A DNA stretch of 64,000 nucleotides from positions 27,714,001-27,778,000 of the forward strand of contig CM068746.1 in the NCBI GenBank assembly GCA_035084275.1. The letters are read 5' to 3'. Position numbers and translations under genes: made by a program. Source of the stretch: Hydrolagus colliei. Taxonomy: Eukaryota. The notes under the pieces are model-generated. The model searched no databases. It was given only the letters and a program-made list of their open reading frames with translations, and was not told where the DNA came from. Shown here piece after piece: positions 61,991 to 64,000 of this stretch. The first letter of the stretch is position 1. Each line of letters opens with the position of its first letter.

Positions 61991-63716
61991 TTGCTGATTG
62001 TCAGTAGATAAATACTTTCCCATTATCTGAAAAACTTAACTCATTCTGCATCACCTATGTTTTAATACTAATAATAATCCGTGCATTTGATATAGGGTTT
62101 TATCGTGTCTTCAAGACGACTCATAGGACTTCAGAGAATATACTGTAAAGTGAATTGACTGTATATTTTGTGGGAAAAACGTGGCAGCCAATTGTGTACA
62201 GCTGTGCCACAAACAGTTGTGGATTGAGTGACCAAATTATTATTATTTGTGTTGAGACTCTGTTCCACATGACTGTGCATCTCAGCTGCTGACTAGAGAC
62301 TGGGTAAACTTACCGAGCCATTGGGGAAGCACGACCTCTGAACTCAAGCTCACCAGCAGTTTGCCCTCCTCCCTTGAAGTCTTTGTGGCGTTGTCCTCTG
62401 CTCAGTAATATGAAACCCATCTTGTCACCATCTGTCTTGTACTATATGAATTTGCTAGTGTATCTGAGGGAGCTCATTTTATTGAGCACTGACTGATATC
62501 TGTTAGCAGCGTGTTTGTTTGTAACAGCTGTTAAATCCAGCTTAGTCCTTCTCAAATACACCAGCATTTGCATATTTCACTAACCCAGGAGAGGCCATAC
62601 TTGCAAGACAGAAGCTGTCATATTGTAACCTCTTTATTAGGAAGAAATACAGTGCAGTTAACCATGTGTTGGGATTTAACACATTAATTCCTGGAGGCTC
62701 CTCTGCAGTTTGAAATATAGTACTGTACACAAAGGAGCTGGCTGTAGCCTATCTGTAACATTTATTGTCAATAAGTTGCCTTCTGCTGAATGTTATAAAG
62801 TGGAATCTATGACTTGATTGAAGCTGAAAGCTCATTTTTTTTCCCATGAACTGCAAATTGTCCAACGCTGCAGTCACCAAATGATGGCGTTGCATAGGGT
62901 TCAGGAGAAGGCTAGCAACGGCCATGTATTTGAAGTCTAAGCCGTTCAAATATCAGTGACTATGAAGCCAGCCACTCAATCTCTTGTTTGCACTGGGCTG
63001 TTAGAGCTGGTTCAAATGACGCCCGCGCTGCCAACGTCATTGCTTCACCTGTGTAAATACGTTTACACAGTGTGCTTGCTCCCTGCGTACTAAGATGATG
63101 AAAGGGGAACCTGAGAGGCTCAGGGGCAGCTTGCCGTTAGGAGAGAGTGTCAGCATGATTTCCACCGAGGGAAAAACACTACGAGCGAGCAAGCCCAAAG
63201 GCGAAGATAAGAAATTAATGAGCGAGGATCAAACTGAATGAGACGGCACCTGGTGACCCAGAGGTATGGGTGAGAATCGAGTAACGTACAAAGAAGCAGC
63301 TTCTCTTGGTGCTGTATTTAGCTGGCATATCTTCTCAGGCTCCGTTCTTTTCATTTTTTGTTGCTTCCTGCCCTGCAGTGCATTGCTCCTTCAGAGCAAC
63401 CCTGCTGCCCTCTCACGATTTCGACTGCCGTCTCACTCTATTCAGAGGCTTCCCAGCTCAGTTTGACCTAGGATGCCTCGCAAACCTCCTACAGTGATGT
63501 GAGAGATTCTGTCGTGCTTGATGCATCCTCCCATCAGTACCAGTGTGCAGTGCCGTTAGATCAGTGATACAGAATAGAGCTTGTGCCCTTTAATGAGCTA
63601 GACTATCACTGCCACTATTTTAGGTGTCAGCCTGGCATAGTTGGTAGCATTCCCGCCTCTGAGTCGGAAGGTTGTGGGCTCAAGCCCCCGGGGGAGTCTT
63701 GGAGCTCATATTGTGG

Positions 63717-64000
63717 AGTCCTGTAGCTCAGTGGTTAGAGCACTCGCCTTGTAAGTGAGAGGATCTGGGTACAATTCCCAGGCAGGGAGAGCATTGGGCA
63801 AGATTCCTTACTCCACTCACCTCTGGTTATCCAACAGTGAATAGGAACCTGATTGTCAGTTGATTGGCGAATCGCTTTTCCGGGGGTAGTAATCTCTCTC
63901 AAAATAATTCGATCACTCAATCCACAACTGTTTGTGGGGCACTGCTGTGCGCAATTGGCTGCCATGTTTCGCCCACAATGTATACAGTCAATTCAGTTGA
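63717..64000 (+). mobile_element. tRNA(Thr)-like SINE inserted after a Deu-SINE-type head (63625-63712)
   Basis: gtcctgtagctcagtggttagagcactcgccttgtaagtga (TGT at the anticodon position); runs off the window end. Confidence 0.88.

Noticed and set aside
63717-63790. tRNA-Thr(TGT) gene (also 17070, 25049, 27290, 56250)
   Set aside because: Acceptor and T stems are degenerate and each head continues into a SINE body.

Overview
Vertebrate genomic DNA, not prokaryotic. All three genes lie on the + strand in the conserved order MET-CAPZA2-ST7. The window holds 18 coding exons of the HGF receptor tyrosine kinase MET (equivalent to human exons 4-21; exons 1-3 not seen, presumably upstream; stop at 26104), the complete 10-exon CAPZA2 gene (861 nt CDS, 286 aa, 32453-49762) and the first coding exon of ST7 (58622-58772), followed by an N gap and intron 1. 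Introns and intergenic DNA are dense with L2-clade LINE fragments, tRNA-derived SINEs, Deu-domain SINEs, solo L2/SINE 3' tails, CR1 remnants and TIR MITEs. That repeat mix and the compact locus suggest a cartilaginous fish such as a chimaera or elephant shark (inference only). I cannot confirm a new biological system. Best leads: a candidate internal ST7 promoter/exon with a 48-aa smORF, a near full-length foldback MITE downstream of MET exon 14, a GC-AG intron in MET, substitutions in the normally conserved actin-binding patch of CAPZA2, an L2 RT fragment abutting a CAPZA2 donor in frame, and tandem-repeat promoters. Exon boundaries were read by eye, human comparisons are from memory, and repeat boundaries are approximate.
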